From the IMG/VR virus record IMGVR_UViG_3300042731_008413, positions 1 through 64,000 of that record: a stretch of 64,000 nt of DNA; one strand, 5' to 3'. Shown one piece after another: positions 48,159 to 57,612 of the stretch. Each line of letters opens with the position of its first letter. Position 1 is the first letter of the stretch. The position numbers were made by a program, and so were the translations under genes. The notes beneath the pieces were generated by a model that did not search any database, was not told the origin of the DNA, and saw only the letters and a program-made list of their open reading frames with translations. This DNA is from a virus.

Positions 48159-48641
48159 GTGAATAATCAACGAGAAGAAATCCGTCAAATCTACCAGTCC
48201 TTACGAGACCTGCAAGCCAGAGTTGATGTCCTGGCCTGGATTGCCAGTCGATTCGATAAGGCAGTAGATTTAATTGAGGACTTCGCCAGGGTTGATGACG
48301 TTATTCGGGAACTTAATGAGTATCTGATCGAAGAGTTCGAGCAAGTCAACCAGGCTTTACTGGCCTTGCTGGATTATCTGGAGTGCCAACCGGGTAGTAC
48401 AAAGATACAGACGGGGGAATTAAAGACAAATATTGTGGAATCCAGGTTGGCTTCATTGCGGAGACAATTGACCAGGCACGTATCCAATATCAATTATCTG
48501 GAAGAAGAATCTGCCCATTATGGACCTTCGGTGCCACTCAGTATTACCAATGACCTTATTCGGGAGAGGGATATAGTCAGGGATATCGAGGCAAAAATTA
48601 AGGAATTCGAGGCTATCAAATTGAGTTACGAGGAGGAATAA
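48159..48641 (+). CDS. coiled-coil hypothetical protein
   Basis: 160-aa helical ORF. Confidence 0.55.
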   Translation: MNNQREEIRQIYQSLRDLQARVDVLAWIASRFDKAVDLIEDFARVDDVIRELNEYLIEEFEQVNQALLALLDYLECQPGSTKIQTGELKTNIVESRLASLRRQLTRHVSNINYLEEESAHYGPSVPLSITNDLIRERDIVRDIEAKIKEFEAIKLSYEEE

Positions 48642-48644
48642 GCT

Positions 48645-48913
48645 ATGCTATTAAAAGTTATCGAGCAGGGGGCGTTGGGCACCTGATGGAAGAACAAGCC
48701 ACGATGGACGAGGCCGTTCAAGACCTCGCCCAATTGACTACGGTGGCCCAACTGCCGGCCATTGCCTTGAAAGCCGATTCCTAGACCATTGCCGAGGTCC
48801 TGGAAAATGTAGAGATGCCGGCTTTCGAGGAGGCGGTTCAGGAGGTTAGCCACGACCGTCTTATATTTATGTTGGGGGCGATTGAGAGGGTGGTGGGGAG
48901 GAAGCGGGCCTAA
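48645..48913 (+). pseudogene. disrupted small gene (frameshift in a G run plus in-frame TAG near 48781)
   Basis: GAGGAGG RBS, MLLKVIEQG then alternate frame GHLMEEQ...DS*TIAEVLE...RKRA. Confidence 0.4.
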
Positions 48914-49868
48914 TCTTCCAGCCCATTCGCCCGGCCAGCCAGATAATAGCTTTGTCAACGTCGGGGTCTTTGTCCATCAAGGGCAAATCCCCGATTTTTT
49001 CTTTGTTAAAATACAAGTCATTCCCATGCAAGATAACGTTATTGAGATACAGGTACCCAAAGGTAGCTCCAACTCGATTAAAAAATATGTAACGTATTGA
49101 ATATGGAACGTGAAATTCAAACTGAATGACAATTTTTTCTTCCTCCCCCACCTTAATTTTTAGCTGATGAGGTAATGGAAGATACCATTTGTACCCTCGC
49201 TCCTCCTGTTTTTCTCTCTTGATGTCTTCCCGAATCAAGGTCGATAAGGCCAGACCGCTATCAACCAATTCTTCCAGTTGAAGTTGGGCCAACCGCTCGG
49301 GGGTATAGGGGTTATGCTCTGTGTTTCTGGCCCTGATTGCGGCCAGATTACGATTATCGAAATGGGTGGTCCAGGACACGTCCTCGATTCGCTTGGAGGT
49401 CGGATAGGTATGGCTGGTGATATAATACGACCATAGAGTTTTGCCATTCAGTCGGGCCGATAGCATTTTCGATAGATGTCCCAGGTAATCGTCGAAGCGC
49501 TTGTCTGTTTGGAACCCCCCACCGGTTTTTTGCCAGATCATCACCCGGTTATCATCGTATAACACTATAATATCCTCGAAAGTAAGGCGTTGCCAGTGTA
49601 AAATCTCGTCCTTGACCCCTTGCTCGATTCGGAAGTGGCGTTGGTCCAGAAAGCCTAACAACTCCGCCGGCCAGATTTCACCCTCGGGGATGCCGAACTC
49701 GGCCAGGGGCGCGTGTTCAGCCCGGAAGCGTAGGAATACTAAGATGTCACCGATCATCCATTGTTTTTGGTTGATGTCGTCCAGGATAGTCTGGATGACT
49801 TCGGAGACGGTTTGGATGGATTGGTCTTCGTTGATAACAGCCAGGGCGCTATTGCCAATAATCTCCAT
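48867..49868 (-). CDS. hypothetical protein
   Basis: Probable start MEIIGNS at 49868. Confidence 0.55.
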   Translation of the reverse strand: MEIIGNSALAVINEDQSIQTVSEVIQTILDDINQKQWMIGDILVFLRFRAEHAPLAEFGIPEGEIWPAELLGFLDQRHFRIEQGVKDEILHWQRLTFEDIIVLYDDNRVMIWQKTGGGFQTDKRFDDYLGHLSKMLSARLNGKTLWSYYITSHTYPTSKRIEDVSWTTHFDNRNLAAIRARNTEHNPYTPERLAQLQLEELVDSGLALSTLIREDIKREKQEERGYKWYLPLPHQLKIKVGEEEKIVIQFEFHVPYSIRYIFFNRVGATFGYLYLNNVILHGNDLYFNKEKIGDLPLMDKDPDVDKAIIWLAGRMGWKIRPASSPPPSQSPPT

Positions 49869-50907
49869 AAGCCTCTTCCCAATGAAATTTCGCGGTTGTA
49901 ATTTGCGGCACCAATTTCTCATCTCCGGTGCGATAGAATTGAGCGATGTCGATCCCGGCCTCGATTGCCATTTCCAAAAGTATCTGCCGGAAGTATAGTT
50001 TCTTGGCCACCACCCGCCCAAAGCGACAGTAAGCCCAGGCTTCGATAGGTCCTCCCCCCTCCTCGTCTTCAAAACAGTACCAGGAATCTTTTTCCAGGTT
50101 AATGAGCAAGCCCCCGTTACCCAACACCCGTAGCTCTTCACCTTTGTCCTGCTTCAAATTGGCCTGACTTGCTACCCCCAAGTGTTGGAAGACACTCAGG
50201 CTGCCCCAGAAGGCCAGGACGCTGGACAGGAGCGTTTCTTTTCCGTTTTTGGTGCCACGGGCCGTATTCTGGCTACGTTGCCTGGAGGCGATTGTGGTGC
50301 GTTCTGGGGCTAACTGGTCCAACCAGCCAATCAGGTCGTCCAGGTTGTCGATTCGGGTGATTTTGCCTCGTTGCAGAAAGGTGTAAGGGTTGCCTGACGG
50401 ATGAATCGAGGGAGGGGCTACCGTCTGGCAAAACCTGGCCCGGATATTGACGTTACCGAGTCTGGTTTTCCAGGTCTGGTTGCCCTTGGGTTGGGATTTG
50501 GTGTCATCGTGGCCGAAATCGGGCAATCGATTCAGAAAGAGTGGGATGTGATACCCTTCCTGGCTACCTGACTGTTCGATCATCCCCCCGGTCAGTTGGG
50601 GGTGAATGGCTTTGATGGCCTCGAAGATGCCCTGATCGTGGTCGATGTCGATAGAGGCGAAATTGTTGGAGACTTCGCCGTGAACCAGGCCGATGTTAAA
50701 GACCCGGTTAAAGCCGTTGTTCCACCAGTGGTCGAGTTCTTGGGGGGTTACCCGGCGCTGCTGCAAGTGTTTCCACCTGTGAGTTTTTGGGTCTATCACA
50801 TCCTCAGCGGGCTTTTTGTCGTTGGGTTCGACTGGGATGGTGTTGATGCCCTGATTGTACCACCATTGGGCGGCTCGGTATGCGGTTGCCTTGTCCAGTT
50901 GCGTCAT
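49849..50907 (-). CDS. bifunctional primase-polymerase (Prim-Pol)
   Basis: IPV...K.P, NIGL..G, IDID, GYH, VAPPSIHPSG.PY. Confidence 0.85.
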   Translation of the reverse strand: MTQLDKATAYRAAQWWYNQGINTIPVEPNDKKPAEDVIDPKTHRWKHLQQRRVTPQELDHWWNNGFNRVFNIGLVHGEVSNNFASIDIDHDQGIFEAIKAIHPQLTGGMIEQSGSQEGYHIPLFLNRLPDFGHDDTKSQPKGNQTWKTRLGNVNIRARFCQTVAPPSIHPSGNPYTFLQRGKITRIDNLDDLIGWLDQLAPERTTIASRQRSQNTARGTKNGKETLLSSVLAFWGSLSVFQHLGVASQANLKQDKGEELRVLGNGGLLINLEKDSWYCFEDEEGGGPIEAWAYCRFGRVVAKKLYFRQILLEMAIEAGIDIAQFYRTGDEKLVPQITTAKFHWEEAYGDYWQ

Positions 50908-50931
50908 TACGGTATCCTCCTGAGTATTACA

Positions 50932-51906
50932 CTATAATAGTCTTAGTTGTTCTTTTGGTACTTTTTTGTAATGTTGCCGACCATTGTTGGAATATTCTTC
51001 CCAAGGTATTATTTTATAATATCTACCCACCACCCAACGCTGGAACCGCTTTAGGTCTTTATCTTTGTTGTTGTAGACCATCGGATATGGCAAGATGCCC
51101 CGCTCATTCATCTTATGAAAACGGTACAAAATACGTTCCCAAGTTTCAGTTGGGTCAAAACCAATCAACATATAGACCATTAAATGATATGGTGGTATGC
51201 CGGCCTGCTCCAATCGGTCTACTCCCCTGAAAAATATATCCTCATCTTTCAGATTGTCCCAGGCAGTATACAAACGTCGGTTCTTGAATTGGTCATCATA
51301 ATATTTGATGCTGGCCAGGGCTTGGGCAGCCTTGTCATCTACCAGCCGGATATTGATACCCTGATTAAATGACACCTTGAAATCACCAGACCTTATTTCC
51401 TCTATTCTGTCCTGCCATTGCTCACGCGGCTGCCCAAAGAAATCGTTATCTAGTAATACGATCTTTCGCTCAGTATCAGGTCGCCAAATATCATAGATGG
51501 TATTGACTGAGCGAGGTCGGCCCTCTTTTTGAGGCACGACGCAAAACTTACAATTAAGGCGACAGCCTCGTTGGGTGAAGCCTAATGACCATCTGTAATC
51601 TGGACAAACGGAATAGTCATAATGCTCATAGTCGCCTATTATTTGTTCAATCGTTGCTCCTGGACTGTTTGTTCCAGTTCCACCAACAATCGCGTTGGGA
51701 AAATTAGCCAGCAACCTCTTGATCTTTTTCTGGCTTTTGGTAAAAATGGCAGAACCGTAAACGAGATCATAGTCAGGCTCAAATAGGCCGTACTCCACGC
51801 TGCGGGTTAGATAGATAGTATCGCCGTTTGACTTGTGCCAGTGTGACAGTTTCATTAAAGCTAAATTTGGTAGCTTGCCATCTATATGTGTTAGTCTTAT
51901 ATTCAA
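50932..51906 (-). CDS. radical SAM protein
   Basis: PNLALMKL, TQRGCRLNCKFCVV, LLDNDF. Confidence 0.85.
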   Translation of the reverse strand: MNIRLTHIDGKLPNLALMKLSHWHKSNGDTIYLTRSVEYGLFEPDYDLVYGSAIFTKSQKKIKRLLANFPNAIVGGTGTNSPGATIEQIIGDYEHYDYSVCPDYRWSLGFTQRGCRLNCKFCVVPQKEGRPRSVNTIYDIWRPDTERKIVLLDNDFFGQPREQWQDRIEEIRSGDFKVSFNQGINIRLVDDKAAQALASIKYYDDQFKNRRLYTAWDNLKDEDIFFRGVDRLEQAGIPPYHLMVYMLIGFDPTETWERILYRFHKMNERGILPYPMVYNNKDKDLKRFQRWVVGRYYKIIPWEEYSNNGRQHYKKVPKEQLRLL

Positions 51907-51936
51907 TTTATCCTCCTCTGTCTGTTAGATGACTAT

Positions 51937-53244
51937 TTACTCCAAATAGTTATCAACAATCAACCCCGAAGCCGCCACGTAATGGGTATGCTCCTTACTC
52001 CCGGCAAACCGTCTCCCAAGTTTAGCTTTGAGGTACATCACCCCCGGCATTTCCGGGTCAACCCGAGAGACAAAAATACCATCTGCCGCGGCGGGGGCAT
52101 CCCCACCCCCCTTGATGCCGGGCGAGTGGCTTTTGTTATAGCCTTTGACCGTCTCTTCGTTTTGCTGGCCGATAAGCCCCAGGGCCACTTCGTTTTTGGC
52201 CTCGATCTCCATAATGGCCCTGGATAGTTCAGCCCCCCGTTCGACCACGTTATCGGAATCGCCAAACAACTGGCTGTAGTCCAGCCAGACCAGTTGCGCT
52301 CCATGCTCAAGTTTGGCTTTACGGACGGTGTGTTTGAGGGTGGCTATTCCGGTGATGTTGTCCCCGGAATCGTAGACATAAATCGGTAGCCCTTTGAACG
52401 TTTCCCGACCATACTCGATGGCATCCCATTCGACGTTGGTTAGTCCCTGCCGGCCTGACATTGCCCGCAGGACTTTGAGGCTATCCAGGTCAACGTTTTG
52501 GTAATGTTGTCCATTCAGAATCAGGTACTCGGTAGCCAGCATTACCTGGCAATCCAGAACGAACATCGTCCGTTCCCCCTCGGCGGCCAAGAAGACAACC
52601 GGGTAGTCACTTTTGCTAGCGTGAAGGCTAATGTTTCGGGCAATCGACGTTTTGTAGGATTTGTATGGGGCCACGAACCAGAAGTTCATCGTGGGCCACA
52701 GGCCACCAATGGAATCATCGATCCACTTGATGCCGGTCGGGACCGGTTGCCAGGGATTCTCTTTGAGACGTTTCCATAGTTCGGCGTCGATGCCCGCCGC
52801 GTCGTGACGGACGGTTGAGCGTTGGGCAGTCAGGTTGCCGATCTCATTGATGGTTGTCTGGGTAAGTTCTTCCAGGTTCGAGGGAGTGACTTGGGTAAGT
52901 TCCTGCCCGTATTGCCGAACCAACATCGTCCGCCCAATCAAGGCCAGGTTCTTTAGATTCTCTTCCAGACGAACGTTGTCGATGTCGTTGAACTGACCAG
53001 CGATGACCCTGGCATAGCCTGAGTTGCCGTTGAGACGAACCGATACCGCGTCTACCAGGGGTGGTTGGTTCTCGGAAAAACATTGCTTGACCGCGGCCCA
53101 GATAGGCCGGTCCTTGGGGGGAAACATATAGCCCTGGTCGCCAATGTTCTCAAAGACCTTGACCGCGGCCCCCTTGTCGGACATTACCGAGGCCAAGATT
53201 TTGTGACTGAGGAGTTGCCAGTCGGCTTGGAGAGTGTCAGGCAT
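51937..53244 (-). CDS. DnaB-like replicative helicase
   Basis: TGIKWID...GG, variant Walker A APYKSYKTS, WLDYSQL, Q.NE, KGGG...AAD. Confidence 0.75.
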   Translation of the reverse strand: MPDTLQADWQLLSHKILASVMSDKGAAVKVFENIGDQGYMFPPKDRPIWAAVKQCFSENQPPLVDAVSVRLNGNSGYARVIAGQFNDIDNVRLEENLKNLALIGRTMLVRQYGQELTQVTPSNLEELTQTTINEIGNLTAQRSTVRHDAAGIDAELWKRLKENPWQPVPTGIKWIDDSIGGLWPTMNFWFVAPYKSYKTSIARNISLHASKSDYPVVFLAAEGERTMFVLDCQVMLATEYLILNGQHYQNVDLDSLKVLRAMSGRQGLTNVEWDAIEYGRETFKGLPIYVYDSGDNITGIATLKHTVRKAKLEHGAQLVWLDYSQLFGDSDNVVERGAELSRAIMEIEAKNEVALGLIGQQNEETVKGYNKSHSPGIKGGGDAPAAADGIFVSRVDPEMPGVMYLKAKLGRRFAGSKEHTHYVAASGLIVDNYLE

Positions 53245-53515
53245 TGGATGGCTCCTGACAATACTGTTCCAACATCCTCGAAACCCGAGATTTCGGAACC
53301 GTGTCTCTGATTACCAGCAAGTCAATTGGGGTAAGCTCGCTATTGGCTTTGGTTCTGAGTTCCTGGGGATGATATTTGCTCCAATAACGACAAAAGGCGT
53401 TGCGTCCCCGAACGGAAGTCACGAATCCGGGTTCGCAGTCCTGGTGCCGTATATCGCCGTTGGCGTGGGTTGGAACGTAAATTATTTGGGTGCCTCGTTG
53501 TATAGGTTCTGTCAT
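53237..53515 (-). CDS. hypothetical protein
   Basis: AGGAGG RBS. Confidence 0.6.
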   Translation of the reverse strand: MTEPIQRGTQIIYVPTHANGDIRHQDCEPGFVTSVRGRNAFCRYWSKYHPQELRTKANSELTPIDLLVIRDTVPKSRVSRMLEQYCQEPSNA

Positions 53516-53540
53516 TCTATCCTCCTGTAATTACCAGCTA

Positions 53541-54464
53541 TTATCGCCAACGATTATCACCAACAGGTAATGGCTGTTCTTCTTGAAATTCTGATTGATT
53601 TTGATTGTGGATACCCCACATCGTTTTTGTTAGTGTCCAAGGCCCCGAAATGGCAATTCCATCCTTTTGTAATTTTATGGCCGATAATCCGTATAGATTG
53701 AATAGTTCTGATGTCTTCCAATTAGCTTTGTGGTCCTTGAATGTTTTTAACCATGCTCCCCTGGTTGATGTATCGGATGGTATGGCTATGTTGGTGGCCG
53801 CGACAAAAGCAGCAGCCGTATGCCTAAATGTTGGCTGATTTATAACCCACCCAGATTGTTGTATTTCATCCTCCGCCATAGCAATGGCAGTTTCGCCTTG
53901 ATATCGTCCCCACTTAAGGAAGTCATTAGCCGTGGTTGGCGGGCGGGTTCTTTTAGAAGAGTCATTATGACTTTCAAAAACTGTAGCTAGAGATGGCTGT
54001 GTTTTTACAGCACTAACTTCTTCTGGCGTAGCCCCAGATGATTCAGTATTTACTGATTCAGTATTTACTGATTCAGTTTTTTCTATATCTCGCGGTGAAC
54101 CATCTGTGGGTGAACCATCTGTGGGTGAACCATCTGTGGATAATCGCGGTATGGTTTGTGGCTCTTCGTGAATCGTTGTCACCCAATAAAACTGACCAGA
54201 TTTGTTTTGGTGCCTTTCCCTGGTCATATAGCCGCACTCTTGAAGTTCGCTTAAAATCCGGCGAATTTTGAATTCGCCAGCATCACCTTGTTTTTCCAGG
54301 TCGTGGTTGCGACAAATCCAACCATCTGGCTTGCTAAGTAGGTAGCCCATGATGCCTCTTGCTTCCCAAGACAGCCTATTGTCATTAAATGGGGCATTGT
54401 TGGCTACAAAATACTTTTCAGTTTTTTTAGTCCTGATTATACCACCTGCGGAATTATCATTCAT
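53541..54464 (-). CDS. replication initiator/replisome organiser (HTH)
   Basis: LSWEARGI..YLLSKPDGW...EL...GY; internal tandem repeats. Confidence 0.75.
   Translation of the reverse strand: MNDNSAGGIIRTKKTEKYFVANNAPFNDNRLSWEARGIMGYLLSKPDGWICRNHDLEKQGDAGEFKIRRILSELQECGYMTRERHQNKSGQFYWVTTIHEEPQTIPRLSTDGSPTDGSPTDGSPRDIEKTESVNTESVNTESSGATPEEVSAVKTQPSLATVFESHNDSSKRTRPPTTANDFLKWGRYQGETAIAMAEDEIQQSGWVINQPTFRHTAAAFVAATNIAIPSDTSTRGAWLKTFKDHKANWKTSELFNLYGLSAIKLQKDGIAISGPWTLTKTMWGIHNQNQSEFQEEQPLPVGDNRWR
54039..54139. repeat. iteron-like 15-bp tandem repeats (putative origin)
   Basis: TGATTCAGTATTTAC about 2.5 times and GGTGAACCATCTGTG three times inside the initiator gene. Confidence 0.7.
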
Positions 54465-54814
54465 ATCCTTGCGCCTTTTCTGCTATTACACACTCGACAA
54501 AGAACCTGAAGATTATTTAGAGTCGCCTTACCCCCGACTTTTTCTGGAACAATGTGGTCTATGGTTAGATCATTGACGGCACCACAAGATTGACACGAAT
54601 GGCTATCGCGTTCCAGAACTTTTAATCGCAATTTTTTGGGTATTGGTTTTTTCTTGTACGTTTGATTATCCGCCTCCCGATAACCCAAAATCACACTTTT
54701 TTCTGGCATAGGCCCATATAACGCTATCATCTCTTGACAATGCAGACACTCATTCCTGCTTTGCGGGTGATAAGCGTCCGTGTGCCTATCTCTCCATTGA
54801 GCTATTGTTGCCAT
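54461..54814 (-). CDS. HNH endonuclease
   Basis: VLERD...CQSCG, IDHIVP...GG, NLQVLCRVCN.RKG. Confidence 0.9.
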   Translation of the reverse strand: MATIAQWRDRHTDAYHPQSRNECLHCQEMIALYGPMPEKSVILGYREADNQTYKKKPIPKKLRLKVLERDSHSCQSCGAVNDLTIDHIVPEKVGGKATLNNLQVLCRVCNSRKGARI

Positions 54815-54822
54815 AACAAAAA

Positions 54823-54915
54823 CTCCCGTCCTTTCGGCACCGCTGGCCTGGCCTGTTACTCAACCCCAGGTTTGCCCGATTGAGCAACCAACCAGCGGTC
54901 CCGAAAATACGGGAG
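54823..54915 (-). terminator. long leader hairpin with U-tract
   Basis: CTCCCGT..TTTCGG.ACCGCTGG...CCAGCGGT.CCGAAA..ACGGGAG followed by TTTTTG and the HNH ATG. Confidence 0.55.
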
Positions 54916-54996
54916 CTTTCAAACCTGGGAGACGGCACCACCCCGGCCAAAGGGTGCGACTTATTTTTATTCGTCCCGATCTCTCCATCCATCTTA

Positions 54997-55422
54997 TCAC
55001 GATTCGTCACTGGAGTCAACCCTTTGTTTGTTCAGCACATAATCACCTATTATAGTGTAATAGTTGGCGTCTGTGCAGATAAATGGTTTCCATATTTGGG
55101 CCAATTTCTCTCCTACGTATTCTCCACAATAACTACATTCATAATTGCTATGAACAATTTGCCCCCAAATTCCACAGGCTTCACAACTAGCCGGGCTATC
55201 AACTAGGTGTGGAGTACCATCCGTCAGTTTTTTTTGATTGGACAACAAATGTATATGGGGTCGTTTAAGCCACTTAACCGCCACATCCAGCCAATCCTCG
55301 TAGTCGATTGGCCCCTTGTCCCAGGCCATCTTCCTGGCTTCCTTGGCGGTATGGTGGAAGACCAGGACAGCGCCCTCCCAGGAGCCGGCGTTACGGGAGT
55401 AGGCCATGTATGCTCGTAACAT
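54997..55422 (-). CDS. hypothetical Zn-finger protein
   Basis: CEACG, CSYC; GGAGG RBS. Confidence 0.55.
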   Translation of the reverse strand: MLRAYMAYSRNAGSWEGAVLVFHHTAKEARKMAWDKGPIDYEDWLDVAVKWLKRPHIHLLSNQKKLTDGTPHLVDSPASCEACGIWGQIVHSNYECSYCGEYVGEKLAQIWKPFICTDANYYTIIGDYVLNKQRVDSSDES

Positions 55423-55620
55423 TCAAACCTCCGGTGTGTTAGCGTTCATAACCTCATCCAGATATTCATTTTCCTCCCTGAGCCTTTTATTTTCTTCAAG
55501 GAGTTCCTTGTAGGCATCTAGTAGAATCCAAAACTCATTAGGTGTGTATTCACCTAAAGCAGATGTGTACCCAGACCCCTTCCATCGTTTCCATTCACAA
55601 ATTTGTTCTTCAGTTATCAT
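55423..55620 (-). CDS. hypothetical protein
   Basis: Coupled small ORF. Confidence 0.5.
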   Translation of the reverse strand: MITEEQICEWKRWKGSGYTSALGEYTPNEFWILLDAYKELLEENKRLREENEYLDEVMNANTPEV

Positions 55621-55832
55621 ATCTCCAACCCCGGCAATTCCATCTGCCCCATCATCCTCATGCGCTCATCCTCGGCCAGTTCATCAAACACAAAGTCACC
55701 ATACAGCCCCCATTTCAGCCAATCATCGTAGGTAAAGATGGTGGCTTTGCTTTTTTCCGGGGTCATCTCTTCCCCCATTTTATCAGCTACCCACTCTTTG
55801 AGTTCCGAGTCCCAAAATCTACCTTTTCTCAT
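55617..55832 (-). CDS. hypothetical protein
   Basis: Coupled small ORF. Confidence 0.5.
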   Translation of the reverse strand: MRKGRFWDSELKEWVADKMGEEMTPEKSKATIFTYDDWLKWGLYGDFVFDELAEDERMRMMGQMELPGLEI

Positions 55833-56068
55833 TTTGCTCTCCTGAATGGCTTTCTGTATCGATTGCAGATGGTATAGAAATAATTCAAGTCACCATTATC
55901 GAATGTCAACGCTGTATCGGTGCCGTCATCGTTTGGTCTGGTGCAGCAAGACCAACCATTGTCAAAATGAAAATAATGACAGGTCGCACAGCATCGTGGT
56001 TGTATCGCCCTGATTTTGCTTGCTGGACTGAGTTTTGGGTTGAAAGGACCATTGCCAACGTCTTTCAT
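55829..56068 (-). CDS. small Cys-rich protein
   Basis: CCATC...C...C. Confidence 0.5.
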   Translation of the reverse strand: MKDVGNGPFNPKLSPASKIRAIQPRCCATCHYFHFDNGWSCCTRPNDDGTDTALTFDNGDLNYFYTICNRYRKPFRRAK

Positions 56069-56937
56069 TTCACCCTCACCTGATAATCCTTCTCTACGGC
56101 TCCATCCTGCTTGCTACCCACCACAGTCGGACCGAAGTAATAGATGCCCTTGTGTCGCCCAAACAGCCCATTTTCACGATAATCCCGGAAAGCCCCTCGC
56201 CTGACGTGCATTGCCTTATGACCACCGGTGCCGGCCCCGTTGCCACCCCGAGACCGCATTGGCTTGACGACCAGGGTGTGATACCTGGTTTCGACGGTTC
56301 TGGTTTGTACCTTGCGATTCTTACGGCGTTTCAATGTGCGCTTTTGGGTGTTTTCCTGGGTAGAGACGTTGCGGCAGTTCAATAACATCAGGCTGTAAAG
56401 GTATGGCAGAAACAAATCCATCGGGAAGGGGCTGATGGGGTGTTCGTTCTTGACAAAGATGCCTCTGGCTCCCTTGGAGAAACCGGTGGGCCGTTCCAGC
56501 CAGCCGATGTCTCCCCGTTCATCCAGGGTCAATCTCAAGACGAACTCGCCCTCGACAAAAATCTTGTTACCGGCTGCGGCATACAGCCCCATCTGAATGT
56601 CCCATCGCAGGTCCGGCACATCCTCGACATCCTGCAAGACACACAAGGCCCCAAAACGCATATCCTGGGGTGATAGGTCCTTATGAAGCAAAGTTCGGTA
56701 CAAAGCCACATCCTCATCGTTCCAGATAGATTCGGGGTAGCTATATTCCAGCCAGGTGACCGGGAATGGCGGGGTCAACGCCTGAAAGTCATCGGCCTTA
56801 CTAAACGAATCATCCTTTCTGAAGAAGTCATTGACTACCGAGGTAATGTCGAATAGTCTGGCTTCTTTCCAGGCCCACATTGCGTCGGGTGGGGCTTTCT
56901 TTTTGCATTGGTGGAACAGTTTAATTGGAGATTCCAT
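56065..56937 (-). CDS. hypothetical phage protein (H.RRG.FR motif)
   Basis: PPFP..W.E, LLNCRN, MHVRRGAFR...YFGPTVVG. Confidence 0.6.
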   Translation of the reverse strand: MESPIKLFHQCKKKAPPDAMWAWKEARLFDITSVVNDFFRKDDSFSKADDFQALTPPFPVTWLEYSYPESIWNDEDVALYRTLLHKDLSPQDMRFGALCVLQDVEDVPDLRWDIQMGLYAAAGNKIFVEGEFVLRLTLDERGDIGWLERPTGFSKGARGIFVKNEHPISPFPMDLFLPYLYSLMLLNCRNVSTQENTQKRTLKRRKNRKVQTRTVETRYHTLVVKPMRSRGGNGAGTGGHKAMHVRRGAFRDYRENGLFGRHKGIYYFGPTVVGSKQDGAVEKDYQVRVK

Positions 56938-57151
56938 TGTCCCATCCAGGGGCTATAGCATCCAATACCTTGCCCAACTTCTCCATTTCATCACCATGCC
57001 ACTCGAATTCCTCTAACTTACTCCGGGACAGTCCTTCATTTAGATGGCCATCACCAAGCAAATCGTAGTATTGAATAGCGTGAAAATTATATTCCTGGAT
57101 CATTCGCTTAACCGGGGGGATAATCGATGATCCTGTCACTCGGTCTATCAT
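56921..57151 (-). CDS. hypothetical protein
   Basis: GGAGG RBS before ATG 57151. Confidence 0.5.
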   Translation of the reverse strand: MIDRVTGSSIIPPVKRMIQEYNFHAIQYYDLLGDGHLNEGLSRSKLEEFEWHGDEMEKLGKVLDAIAPGWDNGISN

Positions 57152-57172
57152 TTTACCCTCCAGAGAAATAAA

Positions 57173-57281
57173 AAAATACCCAATCACCACGGCACCCCCT
57201 TGACACAAAAGGACGAGAAAATGTCTTAGGGCCGGCAACCCCACGAAGTTATGAGGGGATGCCGCTGTGATTGGGTATTTT
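57173..57281 (-). terminator. long leader hairpin with U-tract
   Basis: AAAATACCCAATCAC.GCGGCATCCCCT...AGGGGGTGCCGT.GTGATTGGGTATTTTTTT. Confidence 0.6.
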
Positions 57282-57368
57282 GGATATACCTATTTGGTTA
57301 GTAAGGCCAACCATTTCCTCGTCCATTCTTTTGATTGTGTCAATTGAGTTGCCGGCTCAACTAAGAAA

Positions 57369-57397
57369 ATTATACCATAGAACAAAAATCCTGTCAA
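57369..57397 (-). promoter_or_regulatory. consensus sigma70 promoter
   Basis: TTGACA-17-TATAAT with TGn. Confidence 0.8.
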
Positions 57398-57612
57398 CCC
57401 TTATTTTCTAACTGTTCTATAATTTTTTGCCACGTCTTAGGGCTAACCTTACTCCAATACCGTCGATGCCCAATGTGGTAGATATTATGTCCACATTTTT
57501 TGCATTGGTATACCCACAACGACCCAGGCGCGGCTTTACCCGAGCGATACAGACTTCTCCGGGCGGCGCAAGCCTGTTGTTCGGTCATTGGTTTTTTCTT
57601 ACAGGCCATCAA
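57394..57612 (-). CDS. small Zn-finger protein
   Basis: C.K...VYQCKKC...YHIGH. Confidence 0.55.
   Translation of the reverse strand: MMACKKKPMTEQQACAARRSLYRSGKAAPGSLWVYQCKKCGHNIYHIGHRRYWSKVSPKTWQKIIEQLENKG

Noticed and set aside
45438-48215. Diversity-generating retroelement or shufflon at the tail fibre
   Set aside because: No reverse transcriptase, invertase or adenine-specific TR/VR pair seen
5922-48783. Genome-wide TAG recoding, suggested by in-frame TAGs at 5922 and near 48781
   Set aside because: Many core genes (protease, decoration, MCP, TMP) end cleanly at TAG before the next RBS
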